A stretch of DNA of 48,375 bases from Patescibacteria group bacterium (lineage in GTDB: Bacteria > Patescibacteriota > Minisyncoccia > Moranbacterales > SCTJ01), in assembly GCA_004297805.1 (NCBI GenBank), contig SCTJ01000052.1:1-48375 (forward strand), in the 5' to 3' direction. Below are positions 26,829 to 36,256 of the stretch, one piece after another. The position numbers and the translations under genes are program-made. The notes beneath the pieces are model-generated. The model was not told the origin of the DNA, ran no database searches, and saw only the letters and a list, made by a program, of their open reading frames with translations. Position 1 is the stretch's first letter. The number at the start of each line of letters is the position of its first letter.

Positions 26829-27491
26829 CTAGTACGAAGGCAAAACACCCTCTGGAATAGTCACATCTTGAGGAATCTGATCCCTGTATTTGCTCATGGA
26901 TTCGAACACTTTCTTCATTTCCGCGCAGGCGTCGGTAAACTTCACATCGGACGGAACTGAGAAATCAATGTCTGAAGTTGACTCGCAGCTAATGTTATTC
27001 TGACTATCCACAAAGTCTTCCGGGGCTTCATAGTTAACCTGATCGCTCTGGGCCTGAGGCACGCTCTTGGCCAGATCTTCCATGCAAGCAATATTCATCT
27101 TGGATCCCTGCTTAGTCTTGGATGACCAGGAATAGACTACCTCGCCATCAGACACTGAGTTGAACGTTTCGCCATTAGCCGCGAAAGAAGAACGGAACTT
27201 TTTACCCTGAACATAATAAACTGACTCCGTACCCGCCCCTTGACCATCGGTAATTTTGTAGGAGCACTTCAATTTCTGGCCGCCCGTGATAGCGTCTTTG
27301 ATTTCTTGGGCCTTGGTAAACAGGGATGATCCGGATTGGCTTTCCTTTCCTGTGGTCTGTTTTGAGGACGCATCTCCTGGCACCGAAGGAGCCAACGATT
27401 TTTTCCCCATCAACAGGAACCCGACAATCAAGAGGAACGCCACGACCACCACGGCCACAACAACTAAGTTACGCTTGGACATAAGTTTCAT
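26829..27491 (-). CDS. Hypothetical secreted/membrane-anchored protein
   Basis: 220 aa with an N-terminal TM (VVVAVVVVAFLLIVGFLLM) and four Cys in the ectodomain. No family recognised. Confidence 0.6.
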   Translation of the reverse strand: MKLMSKRNLVVVAVVVVAFLLIVGFLLMGKKSLAPSVPGDASSKQTTGKESQSGSSLFTKAQEIKDAITGGQKLKCSYKITDGQGAGTESVYYVQGKKFRSSFAANGETFNSVSDGEVVYSWSSKTKQGSKMNIACMEDLAKSVPQAQSDQVNYEAPEDFVDSQNNISCESTSDIDFSVPSDVKFTDACAEMKKVFESMSKYRDQIPQDVTIPEGVLPSY

Positions 27492-27589
27492 CTTCCGCTT
27501 GGAAGGTTATAATTAGTTACTTAACTTTAATGATATTTTACTCTTTGGCCGACGTCCACGCAAGTCTGTAGCAGCCGGACCGCCACGGG

Positions 27590-28555
27590 TTATAAACTAC
27601 GGGAGAATGACACGCCCATACTGCCACTGATATTGCCAGGCCGCCACCGATACACGAACGCGCCGCTATAATCGAAAGGGCCAATACCTATCAAGCCACC
27701 GCCTGAGTCACAACGCCTGGTCCACGCATAAGTATTCTTCAGCAAATGCTCTTGGTTGGTGAGGAAATAGAGAGTAATGTCATAAAGTACCTCAGCTGGG
27801 GTTTGGCGAGTCAGTTGATTGATTTGGAGAGCAGAGAGTTCTCGAGCATATTTTTGCCAGTTGGGACCGTCGAGAACTTCATTCAGTTTTGCATTATTCT
27901 TGAAGATAAGTTCAGGGTTGGCAGTAAGATAGGCTTCGAGTTCTCGAATAGCCATTTGATATCGTAGAGGGACAGGTCGATTCTGGAAAACTTGAGTTTG
28001 TATATATTTAACGAGCACTTGCGTTTGGCGGAGATAATTTCGGTTGGTGGAGCCAGGAATAGCTTCCTTTGAGACTAGTGCCCAGCGTGACTCGATGGGG
28101 TCATTCTCCCAGAAGGCTTTGTTATAAGATTCATTGGCAGTTATTTTTCTCATCCCATCCTTAGTAAATCTGTCTTGCAGCGCATCACGCACGCCCTTCA
28201 TAGTGAGGGGGTTTCCGGCTTTATTTTTCCCAATCCGCAGAACCAGGAATTGTCCCAATTCCTTGGCGCGTTTCAGTTCTTCCCTCTTGAAAGGAATGGG
28301 TGGGATTTTATCGGGCAGATAACCGTAAGCTTTTTCGACGGCCTTGGGACCCAAGCAATCTTGGCCAAGGATAGCTTCGGCCTCCTCGGGAGAAACGTGG
28401 AATTGTTCGCGGAGAACCTCTAATTTAGCGGCGAGTTCCTTTTCGATAACCTTAGCTTCATCGAAATTGCCCACATCTACTGCCACATTAAAATCAGCCT
28501 TGAGCTTTTGGATTTGGGAAAGATTATCGGATATTTGCTGGCAATCGGGTTGCAT
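27590..28555 (-). CDS. Hypothetical protein, paralog B (partner at 18912-19652)
   Basis: Starts MQPDC... 8 nt after TGCTATGCT. Shares the N-terminal coiled coil and the C-terminal blocks (LYF.T..E.L, C..GG, G..F..R) with paralog A. Confidence 0.7.
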   Translation of the reverse strand: MQPDCQQISDNLSQIQKLKADFNVAVDVGNFDEAKVIEKELAAKLEVLREQFHVSPEEAEAILGQDCLGPKAVEKAYGYLPDKIPPIPFKREELKRAKELGQFLVLRIGKNKAGNPLTMKGVRDALQDRFTKDGMRKITANESYNKAFWENDPIESRWALVSKEAIPGSTNRNYLRQTQVLVKYIQTQVFQNRPVPLRYQMAIRELEAYLTANPELIFKNNAKLNEVLDGPNWQKYARELSALQINQLTRQTPAEVLYDITLYFLTNQEHLLKNTYAWTRRCDSGGGLIGIGPFDYSGAFVYRWRPGNISGSMGVSFSRSL

Positions 28556-28852
28556 ATACGAATAGCATAGCACATTAACAGCCTGTCATAAAAACCGTCC
28601 GTACGAAGTGCGTAGGCCAATTCCAGCGGACGAGCGTTAAAAAAAGTTTAGACTTGTCATCCTGAACTTGATTCAGGATCTAGATTCCGGCTCGGAGTCC
28701 AGAATGACAATTGTTGAGGCGCTTTCCCTGCCTGCCGGCAGGCAGGTTTCTGTCCACTTTCTTTGGCGCCAAAGAAAGTGGACAAATAAAACCCGCTACA
28801 TTTTAAGTATATACACATGTATATACACGTGTATATACATTAGTATAGCATT
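28556..28852. repeat. Composite intergenic module, copy B
   Basis: Contains the same 24-nt block (28581-28604) and a perfect 32-nt palindrome GTCCACTTTCTTTGGCGCCAAAGAAAGTGGAC (28752-28783). It also has a perfect 20-nt palindrome CCTGCCTGCCGGCAGGCAGG (28727-28746), three GTATATAC cores (28807-28838), and TGCTATACT on the minus strand (28842-28850). Confidence 0.9.
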
Positions 28853-29380
28853 TTACGCTCCGTAATTGGCAATCATTTCGCTTGGCCGCACCCACCAGTC
28901 CATCTGCGTGCGTTTTTGGCCTTCTTTGAAATAACCGGGCAAGACGCTGCCCCGCCAAGGTCCAACATAGATGCTGAAATGCAAATGCGGCGCTTCCCAC
29001 CAACCATTTTCGGGCGTATTGGACTTTCCGATCGTGCCAATCACCTCGCCCAGCTCCACCGACTCGCCTTTTTGTTTGCGCATTTCTCCCAAGTGGCCAT
29101 AGAGCGAAAAAAATGGCGTACTTGTTTTTGGATTCTTGTGCGCGATAATCATGACGTTGCCCCAATTGGGTTTCTTCTCACTACCCGGATGCAGCGCGGC
29201 ATAAACGACGCGGCCCCGACCAATCGACAAAATCGGCGTGTCCGGCGCAAGCACCATGTCTTCACCCAAGTGAATTCCCCAGTGCGTCTTGCCGTGCACC
29301 ACTGCTTCACCAAAAGAAAGACTATTGGCTTGATAACCAGCCACCGGATAATCAAGTTTTTTGGTCAAAAGATAACCCAT
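28853..29380 (-). CDS. M23 family metallopeptidase
   Basis: HxxxD motif (GIHLGEDM) and HxH motif (PHLHFSIY). 175 aa with no obvious signal peptide. Confidence 0.8.
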   Translation of the reverse strand: MGYLLTKKLDYPVAGYQANSLSFGEAVVHGKTHWGIHLGEDMVLAPDTPILSIGRGRVVYAALHPGSEKKPNWGNVMIIAHKNPKTSTPFFSLYGHLGEMRKQKGESVELGEVIGTIGKSNTPENGWWEAPHLHFSIYVGPWRGSVLPGYFKEGQKRTQMDWWVRPSEMIANYGA

Positions 29381-29397
29381 AAACTGACTCTCTCAGC

Positions 29398-29844
29398 TTA
29401 GATAAGTTTGAGTGCATCGGCCACTGCCACGATGCCCACCATCTGGCCGTTTGCATTCACGACTGGAGCCGTGTTGAAGCCTCGCTCTCGAAACAAATTC
29501 AAAAAGTCTTGCACATCCGCGTCTTCACTGATTGTCACACAGGGAGAAGACATGACACTTTCAGCCAAAGCATTGTGCACGGCCTCGACTGTCTCAGCAC
29601 GGTCACTCAACTCATGCAATTTACCCGAACGCACAAAATCCACCACCGTCGGCAAATAGACCAGCGCTGGGGAGTTTTTGGAAAAAAAGTCAGACTCCGT
29701 AATGATGCCAACCAACTGGCGCTCAGCATTCAGGACTGGCACCGCGTGAATCCGATTGCTGGTCAAAAGCTTAGCCACATCCGTAATGAGCGTGTCTTCA
29801 TTGACCGTAATGACCTCTTTGGTCATGATTTCTGATACTTTCAT
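29398..29844 (-). CDS. CBS domain pair protein
   Basis: Two CBS repeats (MTKEVITV...HAVPVLN...LVGIITESD and VMSSPCVTI...NTAPVVNANGQMVGIVAVAD). Confidence 0.85.
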   Translation of the reverse strand: MKVSEIMTKEVITVNEDTLITDVAKLLTSNRIHAVPVLNAERQLVGIITESDFFSKNSPALVYLPTVVDFVRSGKLHELSDRAETVEAVHNALAESVMSSPCVTISEDADVQDFLNLFRERGFNTAPVVNANGQMVGIVAVADALKLI

Positions 29845-29926
29845 ACTTTTTGAAGCTAATGATAATCCACCCCCCTTCCCTCTTTGTCTTTAAGTATACA
29901 ACTACCCTAAATTATCGCCAACTACC

Positions 29927-29958
29927 AAAAACCGCCCCCGATGTTCATCGGGGACGGC
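29927..29958 (-). terminator. Intrinsic terminator of the 29977-30396 gene
   Basis: Minus strand reads CCGTCCCCGAT-gaaca-ATCGGGGGCGG followed by TTTTTGG. Confidence 0.7.
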
Positions 29959-29976
29959 TTGGGCCAGACTCCAGTT

Positions 29977-30396
29977 TTATCGCCAACGCGGATGTGGCGG
30001 ATAAAAAGGATGGCGTGCTCTCGGTGGAAAAGGCAAGTCCAAATCTTTGCGAATCTCATTAGCTTGGACGTACTTGGCGTCATTAGCCAAAGCGTGCATC
30101 TCACAGAACTCATCAAAGTTTCCACTGTTGATATCTTCGGTGATCGGCCGATCGCCGACACGCGCTTTCCAAGCATCATAGTCGCAATTCTCCCAAATAG
30201 CCTCCCGGCGCTCGTGCTGACGAACAGCGTAAGGGTGAACTATTGGTCGGGGAGCTCTCGGTGGAGCAACCCAAACTGTTTTGGGAGGTTTTGGTGGCGC
30301 CACAACCCAAAACGCGTCGGCTGTTTGTACATTCGCAAAGAGGAACAGCGACAACACCCCTAGCGAACCCGTGATAATGGCAAGACTTTTCTGCAT
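29977..30396 (-). CDS. Hypothetical secreted Pro-rich protein
   Basis: Signal peptide MQKSLAIITGSLGVLSLFLFANVQTADA. Pro-rich N- and C-terminal segments. Confidence 0.6.
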   Translation of the reverse strand: MQKSLAIITGSLGVLSLFLFANVQTADAFWVVAPPKPPKTVWVAPPRAPRPIVHPYAVRQHERREAIWENCDYDAWKARVGDRPITEDINSGNFDEFCEMHALANDAKYVQANEIRKDLDLPFPPRARHPFYPPHPRWR

Positions 30397-30464
30397 AAGT
30401 TTTCTGGCTTTAGATTAATTAGGCTTGCTTCTGCCTAATAATACGGCCTGGCTGATTATTGTTT

Positions 30465-31253
30465 TCACTTGCCAATTGGCAGTCCCCTCCCGCGCATCAT
30501 GGGACGCATAGGCATCGGCCCGCCCGGACCCATTGGGCGTTCAAAACGCTCATTCCAGGGACGAATTTCGTTAGCTTGGAATTGAAACTCACCGGTTTTT
30601 TCACCGATAATTTTCACTTGTTTGCCCACGATCGTTTCCAAGATCAGCCGCGGGGCCTTGAAATCCTTGCCAGGAACCACCACCCACTCGCCACCCTGAA
30701 AATCGCGCACGGTCAGGGTTCTGGCATTTTTGTCCAAAGAAGTGACCACGCCACCCAAGAGTCCACTTTCCGGATGCAACCACATTTCCTCGCGCATCAA
30801 CATCGCCTGGCCATAGCCTGGAATCATCCCCGGCATCCGGTTGCCAACAAATTTGTCTGCCTTAGCAAAGAAAGAAATAATGCCCACCACCACGACCGTT
30901 CCCAACACAATGAAGAACGCGCTTTGGCCGCTGTAGCGATAACCATAGCGCGTGCTGCGAAACAAAAGATAAGCCAGAGCGACAGAGATAGTCAACAGAA
31001 TAACCCAGATCGGCGGCAGAATCAAAAAAATCAATTTCAAAATACCCAGCCCAGCCCTTGGTCGAATATCCCAATCAGCATCGGCTAGGCTATTGTAGAG
31101 AAACAGCAAAAACAGAGCACCAATGATACCGCTCACCACAAAGAGAATCCACTTGAACACATTCTCCAAGGCAAATTCCCACTTGGGCTTGGGCACCACA
31201 TGCTCTGTTTTTATTTGCTCCATAGCCTTGTTGATCGAATTGTTGTATTCCAT
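30465..31253 (-). CDS. Membrane protein downstream of ECF sigma (possible anti-sigma/partner)
   Basis: 262 aa with about 4 TM helices and a C-terminal soluble domain. Starts 10 nt after the sigma gene stop. The function is inferred from position only. Confidence 0.45.
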   Translation of the reverse strand: MEYNNSINKAMEQIKTEHVVPKPKWEFALENVFKWILFVVSGIIGALFLLFLYNSLADADWDIRPRAGLGILKLIFLILPPIWVILLTISVALAYLLFRSTRYGYRYSGQSAFFIVLGTVVVVGIISFFAKADKFVGNRMPGMIPGYGQAMLMREEMWLHPESGLLGGVVTSLDKNARTLTVRDFQGGEWVVVPGKDFKAPRLILETIVGKQVKIIGEKTGEFQFQANEIRPWNERFERPMGPGGPMPMRPMMRGRGLPIGK

Positions 31254-31262
31254 AAATTTAAT

Positions 31263-31844
31263 TTACAGCGGTTGATTATTTTGCATGCGCTCCACCAGCA
31301 TTTTCCGGCCCCGATCAATGAGCGTGGCCACACTCCCCTTGGGCTTTTTCAGAATATCCATAATTTCCTCGTAGCTTTTATCTTCGATGAACCTGAGTAT
31401 TAATACTTCCCGATACTTGATGGGCAACTCGTTCATGACGGCGGAAACTTTTTCAGCCAGATCTTTGGCAGCAATCTCGTCGGCCACATTAACTGAGGAA
31501 GGCAGCAACTTCACATAGTCGACTACCTCGATGCTCACCTGTTTCGGACGGACGTTAATCTTGCGCAAATGATCCACCGCCGCATTATGGGCGATTCGAT
31601 AAGCCCAACTGGAAAATTTCATGCCCGAGTCATAGTCATTGAGATTGCGATACATCTTGACGAAAGTTTCCTGTAAGATATCTTCTGCATCCTCCACTGG
31701 CAACTGAGTGATTCTGCGCACAAAGCGAAGCAATGGATCTTGGTAGCGCTCCATCAAAAACCGGTAGTGCTCGGGGTTAGCCCTTGCCATCTCCACCAGT
31801 TCGCCATCATTCTTCACCTCTATTTCCGCCCTTGTGAGCATCAT
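31263..31844 (-). CDS. ECF-type RNA polymerase sigma-70 family factor
   Basis: Region 2 (DAEDILQETFVKMYRNL, SSWAYRIAHN) and region 4 (KSYEEIMDILKKPKGSVATLIDRGRKML). Confidence 0.85.
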   Translation of the reverse strand: MMLTRAEIEVKNDGELVEMARANPEHYRFLMERYQDPLLRFVRRITQLPVEDAEDILQETFVKMYRNLNDYDSGMKFSSWAYRIAHNAAVDHLRKINVRPKQVSIEVVDYVKLLPSSVNVADEIAAKDLAEKVSAVMNELPIKYREVLILRFIEDKSYEEIMDILKKPKGSVATLIDRGRKMLVERMQNNQPL

Positions 31845-31899
31845 CGAGAGTATAATTCGTTACTAAACTAATACGCATTCCTTGGACTTTGTTTTCAAA

Positions 31900-31908
31900 G
31901 GTATAGCA
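31900..31908 (-). promoter_or_regulatory. Extended -10 element upstream of the sigma gene
   Basis: Minus strand reads TGCTATACC about 55 nt upstream of the ATG. Confidence 0.4.
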
Positions 31909-31970
31909 CATTTGGCCCTACAAAAACAAGGACTTTGACCCATTACTCTCGGAAAGTTAGTTGCAACTTT

Positions 31971-32918
31971 TCAACCCAGAAAAAGCGTCGCGATCAAGGG
32001 GATATACAGCAGGGCAAAAACGGTGCTGAAGAGCACGGCCAGGGCAGCTTTTTCCGGCTGCACTTTCAAGAGCGTCGCGTAAGAAACGGTGTTGGCTGCT
32101 AGGGGCACAATGGCCATGAGGATCATAATTCGCTGCAGCTCAGCGCCATATAAATGGAAGTAATTATTGTCCACTGCCATCAACAGCAGCAAGACCAACG
32201 GCCAGACGATAAACTTAGCCAGGAAAGTCACGGCGATGAATTTAGCGTCCCACATGGCCCGCGAAAAACCCGCAATCCCCAAACCAATAATCATCATGCC
32301 CAAAACTGTATAGGCCAATTGAAAACCATAGGTTACATTTTCATAGACCATGCCGAATTTCATTCCGACGGCATTGAAAATCACTGCCAAGAAGAAAGCA
32401 TAAATGGCCGGCAGCTTGAGCAAGCGCAAAAAGCTTTCCCGGCGGGAGTGATTACCCCGCGCTACAATATAGAACCCCAGGGAGTTTTCATACAAAATCA
32501 TCCCCAACAAAATCAACACCGCTAGCGGCAGATAGGCATCCCCAAAGATCGCCAGTGCCACTGGCAAGCCGAAATAACCCGAGTTGCCCGTGCCGGCCGT
32601 GAAGCCGACAATATTCCGCGTCGAATCCTGCCAAATAAATTTGGAAAGAAAAAGAAAGGTCAGCGAAATCAAACAGCCCACCGCAAAAAATAAAATGGGC
32701 AACGACAAATTGCTGGCCACTAAATCCGCCCGCATCACGCCCTTGAAAACCACCACCGGCGCAATAACATAAATTAGCAACGGTGCAATAGCCTCTTTTT
32801 GCAGCTTCGTAAATTTTCCCACCAAAAAACCCAGGACAATCAAAAGATACAGCGGGGCGATTTTGGACAGCAAAATAAAAAATACACTCATGGAATCAGT
32901 GGGCAAGTTATTTATCAA
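31971..32918 (-). CDS. AEC (auxin efflux carrier-like) family transporter
   Basis: 315 aa, about 10 TM, two-lobed membrane transport protein pattern. Confidence 0.7.
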   Translation of the reverse strand: MINNLPTDSMSVFFILLSKIAPLYLLIVLGFLVGKFTKLQKEAIAPLLIYVIAPVVVFKGVMRADLVASNLSLPILFFAVGCLISLTFLFLSKFIWQDSTRNIVGFTAGTGNSGYFGLPVALAIFGDAYLPLAVLILLGMILYENSLGFYIVARGNHSRRESFLRLLKLPAIYAFFLAVIFNAVGMKFGMVYENVTYGFQLAYTVLGMMIIGLGIAGFSRAMWDAKFIAVTFLAKFIVWPLVLLLLMAVDNNYFHLYGAELQRIMILMAIVPLAANTVSYATLLKVQPEKAALAVLFSTVFALLYIPLIATLFLG

Positions 32919-33453
32919 TTTCTTCTATCGCCGCAAGATACCATAGCTGAGCAATCTCTCTAGCTCGCTGCGAAACAAACCGGGAGAAATAATAATCCAT
33001 ATTCTTCCTGATTTCCTCTTTCGGCATTCCGTTAGCCTTCCGCCTTCGTACTCCCCGCAACGCTTTGTCTTCAAAAAATGAAAGCGCGTCAGCATCGCAC
33101 AAAACATTCTGGTCCTCATCGCCGCCCTCTTCGTGATGCTCAATCAAACTTTTCACGCGCGCAATCAATTCAGCGCCCGCATCCTCGGCCAGCAAAAACT
33201 TTTCGATCTCCTCCGCACTCAGTGCTTGGTGTTTTTGGAGAGCTTCTGGATCACTGGAGCCCTTCTTCCAATCACCATAAATCGCCCGCTCAATGTCATG
33301 CGCCACGCCCGCAATAAGCAGCGCTTCGTCAGCCTCCTGTTTTAACTGCAAAATCCAATAAACCGTTCGCTGAGCATGCCGAATATCATTGGGGTTGTTC
33401 ACTTTTTCCCAAGTCTCGAGTACAAACTTTTCCGCTTTTGGATATAAATCCAT
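32908..33453 (-). CDS. HD domain-containing protein
   Basis: H...HD metal motif (IRHAQRT ... LIAGVAHDIERA). 181 aa. Confidence 0.6.
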   Translation of the reverse strand: MDLYPKAEKFVLETWEKVNNPNDIRHAQRTVYWILQLKQEADEALLIAGVAHDIERAIYGDWKKGSSDPEALQKHQALSAEEIEKFLLAEDAGAELIARVKSLIEHHEEGGDEDQNVLCDADALSFFEDKALRGVRRRKANGMPKEEIRKNMDYYFSRFVSQRAREIAQLWYLAAIEEIDK

Positions 33454-33484
33454 AAAAATAAAAGTCTATCAATGGCTCTATTTT

Positions 33485-33916
33485 TTATCTTATCCTACCT
33501 AGATCTCCTGCTAAAACCACCGGCTGCATCATCCTAATTTCGTCGGTATAAGGCATCTGGGGAATAGCATTGAACAAAAAGATTGGCTTGCCAAGCACGT
33601 GAGCAAAGCCCATTTCCAGAAAAACCGCGCCACCAACATAGCCTTCGACATCTTTCTTTTTCAAATTCAGCACTAGCACGGCATCGGCTGCTTGGATTTT
33701 GCCAAAATAATATTTCAGCGAATCTTGCCTGATTCCCCGTTCGGCAATCTCGCCACTGGCTTTTTCTTTCATAATCTGTTCATGTGTCGCCTCGCCTCGG
33801 TAAATTTTCTCTGCCGTTTGTGGCAAAGTGACCGCATGACCCAATTTGACCAACTGATCAGCCACGTCTTTAATTTCGTTGATGAAATCGAGACTGGCAC
33901 AAATGGCAATTTTCAT
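33485..33916 (-). CDS. Nucleoside 2-deoxyribosyltransferase-like protein
   Basis: 143 aa. MKIAICASL..., ADAVLVLN and GGAVFLEMGFAHVLGKPIF resemble the NDT-like flavodoxin fold family. Confidence 0.4.
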   Translation of the reverse strand: MKIAICASLDFINEIKDVADQLVKLGHAVTLPQTAEKIYRGEATHEQIMKEKASGEIAERGIRQDSLKYYFGKIQAADAVLVLNLKKKDVEGYVGGAVFLEMGFAHVLGKPIFLFNAIPQMPYTDEIRMMQPVVLAGDLGRIR

Positions 33917-33925
33917 AGTCTTTGA

Positions 33926-34261
33926 TTAAAACAATTTTCCGCCAATTTCTGGTCCGACTTTGTCAGGAGAAATTAAAATACATTGACCTTCTTTATCCGG
34001 AACGCCCAAGGTCAAGGATTCTGAAACAAACTGACCAATTTGCCTCGGCGGGAAATTAACCACGCCCAAAACCAACTTGCCAATCAGTTCTTCCTTGCCG
34101 TACAAGCCTACGATCTGCACCGATGATTTTTTGATTCCAATCTCTGAACCAAAATCAATGGTCAATTTGTAAGCCGGTTTTTTGGCTTCCGGAAAATCTT
34201 CCACCTCAATCACTTTCCCCACGCGAATATCTAGTTTTTGAAAATCTTCGATTGTAGCCAT
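33926..34261 (-). CDS. tRNA-binding protein (CsaA/Trbp111-like OB fold)
   Basis: LDIRVGKVIEVEDFPEAKKPAYKLTIDFG...VVNFPPRQIG. Confidence 0.8.
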   Translation of the reverse strand: MATIEDFQKLDIRVGKVIEVEDFPEAKKPAYKLTIDFGSEIGIKKSSVQIVGLYGKEELIGKLVLGVVNFPPRQIGQFVSESLTLGVPDKEGQCILISPDKVGPEIGGKLF

Positions 34262-34285
34262 ATTTTCGTCGGCATTTTACTAAAA

Positions 34286-35059
34286 TTAAACTATTTCAAA
34301 CTCTGAATAAATCGGAAAGTGGTCCGTCAATACATCAGCAAAAACTTCCGACTTCAGATGTTTCAACCCCTGATAAACGATATGGTCGTATTTTTTGCCC
34401 TTGGGAGTCGTCGGTGAATCTAAGAGAACCTCCTCAACGCCGTTGCCGATAAGATTTGGTAAAAACAATTTTACGCTGGAATCGTCGTAATTAAGATCTC
34501 CCTGATACAAATACGGACCCCTTTCCGGTTTTATTTTTTTCGCCATATCTTCCCGGAGGGGCAAGGTAAGTTCAGTCAGCGGTTCCATTTTGAATCTTCG
34601 ATACGGAAAAGAGTGGCTAGTCCTCACACTCAAAACAATTCCGTCGTTTAATTTCACTAGGCAGCTGGTTATGCCCTTGTCATGCGACACCCAGTGTTCG
34701 CCCCTGGGACCAGTTGTTTCAAATTTGGGATTATGAAAAAGAGTGAAGGAATGATTTTCAAGCGGAAAGCGGGAGATGATGCATTGGCTCAACCCCTGAC
34801 CGTCTTCAAGATGGGATTGATCATAAACATCGTTCACAAAATATTTTAATCCCACCTTGTTAGCTATAATTTCCGCCTGACTAGTGGTCGCATTCGTATG
34901 GCCTTCTTGGATAGTAATGATGTCCGGATTGTATTTAGCCAAAACTTCCACGATAGCCTCCAAGTTGTCATTGCAATAGACGAGCGGATCTAGCGGGTTA
35001 TCTTCCGGCTGGCGAATCTTCCCGCCGCCGATATTCCATTGTATGGTCGAGATTTTCAT
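34286..35059 (-). CDS. Endonuclease/exonuclease/phosphatase (EEP) family protein
   Basis: PDIITIQEGH near the N-terminus and a C-terminal LTDHFPIYSEF (catalytic D-H). Confidence 0.7.
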   Translation of the reverse strand: MKISTIQWNIGGGKIRQPEDNPLDPLVYCNDNLEAIVEVLAKYNPDIITIQEGHTNATTSQAEIIANKVGLKYFVNDVYDQSHLEDGQGLSQCIISRFPLENHSFTLFHNPKFETTGPRGEHWVSHDKGITSCLVKLNDGIVLSVRTSHSFPYRRFKMEPLTELTLPLREDMAKKIKPERGPYLYQGDLNYDDSSVKLFLPNLIGNGVEEVLLDSPTTPKGKKYDHIVYQGLKHLKSEVFADVLTDHFPIYSEFEIV

Positions 35060-35068
35060 GTGCTCAAT

Positions 35069-35650
35069 TCATAAATAATTTTTTAACTTCTCGATGAATC
35101 TGTGCATATGCGTATCGAGCGCTTCAATCGGCCGGGAGAGGATTTCGTCGAAGCCCAACCAATGATAGCCCGCGAATTCTCTTTTGAATTCATCCGTTTC
35201 ATCGTTTATTTTTATCTCAGAATCTCCCTCAAAGACATACCACAGATCAACATCCAAGTGCCCCGCCGTTAGTCCCACTGTTTCCATAATCGTAACAAAA
35301 AAAGGGACTTCGACGTTAGCGAAAAGAGGCTTCGCTTCAATGCCCAATTCTTCCGCTAGTTCTCGTTTGGCCGTTTCGAACGGTAATTCATCCTTGTTGA
35401 CATGTCCGCCGCCGGGTAGCAGCTTCAAGGCTTTCCGATGATCCAAGAGCAAAACTTTTTTCTTTTTCCTATCGACCAGCACTGAGTAGCTGACCAGGTG
35501 CTGAGACGGAGTCGCCGGTTTTTCAATCCGAAAAATCTCCACCCCGCTCGCGATCCATTCCAGAACTGCTTGAATATGTTCCCGTTCCTTTTGATCAAGT
35601 GGCTTGACCTGCCCTACCAAATCTGAAATTTCGGCCTTTATTTCTGCCAT
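35069..35650 (-). CDS. NUDIX hydrolase
   Basis: Nudix box GGGHVNKDELPFETAKRELAEELGIE. ATG at 35648-35650. Confidence 0.8.
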   Translation of the reverse strand: MAEIKAEISDLVGQVKPLDQKEREHIQAVLEWIASGVEIFRIEKPATPSQHLVSYSVLVDRKKKKVLLLDHRKALKLLPGGGHVNKDELPFETAKRELAEELGIEAKPLFANVEVPFFVTIMETVGLTAGHLDVDLWYVFEGDSEIKINDETDEFKREFAGYHWLGFDEILSRPIEALDTHMHRFIEKLKNYL

Positions 35651-35654
35651 ACGC

Positions 35655-36197
35655 TTATCGTACCAAAAATTCTGATCTTTTAATAGCCATTTCCACCGTG
35701 CCACTCAAGACCCATTCGCCCTGATGAAATATGGTCCTGTCATTTGGCAATAGAGCTGTCCGGTGAAAACCAGCTCTTTCATAGAGTCTGATAGCACCCG
35801 CATGGAACTCACTCGTGGAAAGCACCACCTTCTCAACTCCCAACTGATTGAAAGCATAATCCAACGTTAGCTGCGTCGCTTCGGTTCCGATGCCTTGGCC
35901 CCAATAGTTTTTGTCCAAGATGAATATGCCGAACTCACATTCTTCTTTGTCTTTGAAATCTGAGAGCGAGGTATAACCAATAAATTTATCCATCTGGTCA
36001 TAGATACCGAAAATAATACCGTCTTCCAGTTCGGAGATAAATTTTTTGAGTTCCGAAACATCTTTGAGCGCCATGCCACGCTTCACCCAACTGATATATT
36101 TCATTAATTCCAAATCACGGAACCACTCTAAAAGCAGCGGATAATTTTCCTCCGTTAACCCCTCCTGCAGATAAACTTTCTCGCCTGTTAATTTCAT
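35655..36197 (-). CDS. GNAT family N-acetyltransferase
   Basis: Acetyl-CoA motif A YWGQGIGTEATQLTLDYAF. ATG at 36195-36197. Confidence 0.8.
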   Translation of the reverse strand: MKLTGEKVYLQEGLTEENYPLLLEWFRDLELMKYISWVKRGMALKDVSELKKFISELEDGIIFGIYDQMDKFIGYTSLSDFKDKEECEFGIFILDKNYWGQGIGTEATQLTLDYAFNQLGVEKVVLSTSEFHAGAIRLYERAGFHRTALLPNDRTIFHQGEWVLSGTVEMAIKRSEFLVR

Positions 36198-36256
36198 ACC
36201 TTCATAATAGCAAGAAAAAAGGCGCTGCACCAAAGTTATGAAAAAGCAGCCCAAGG

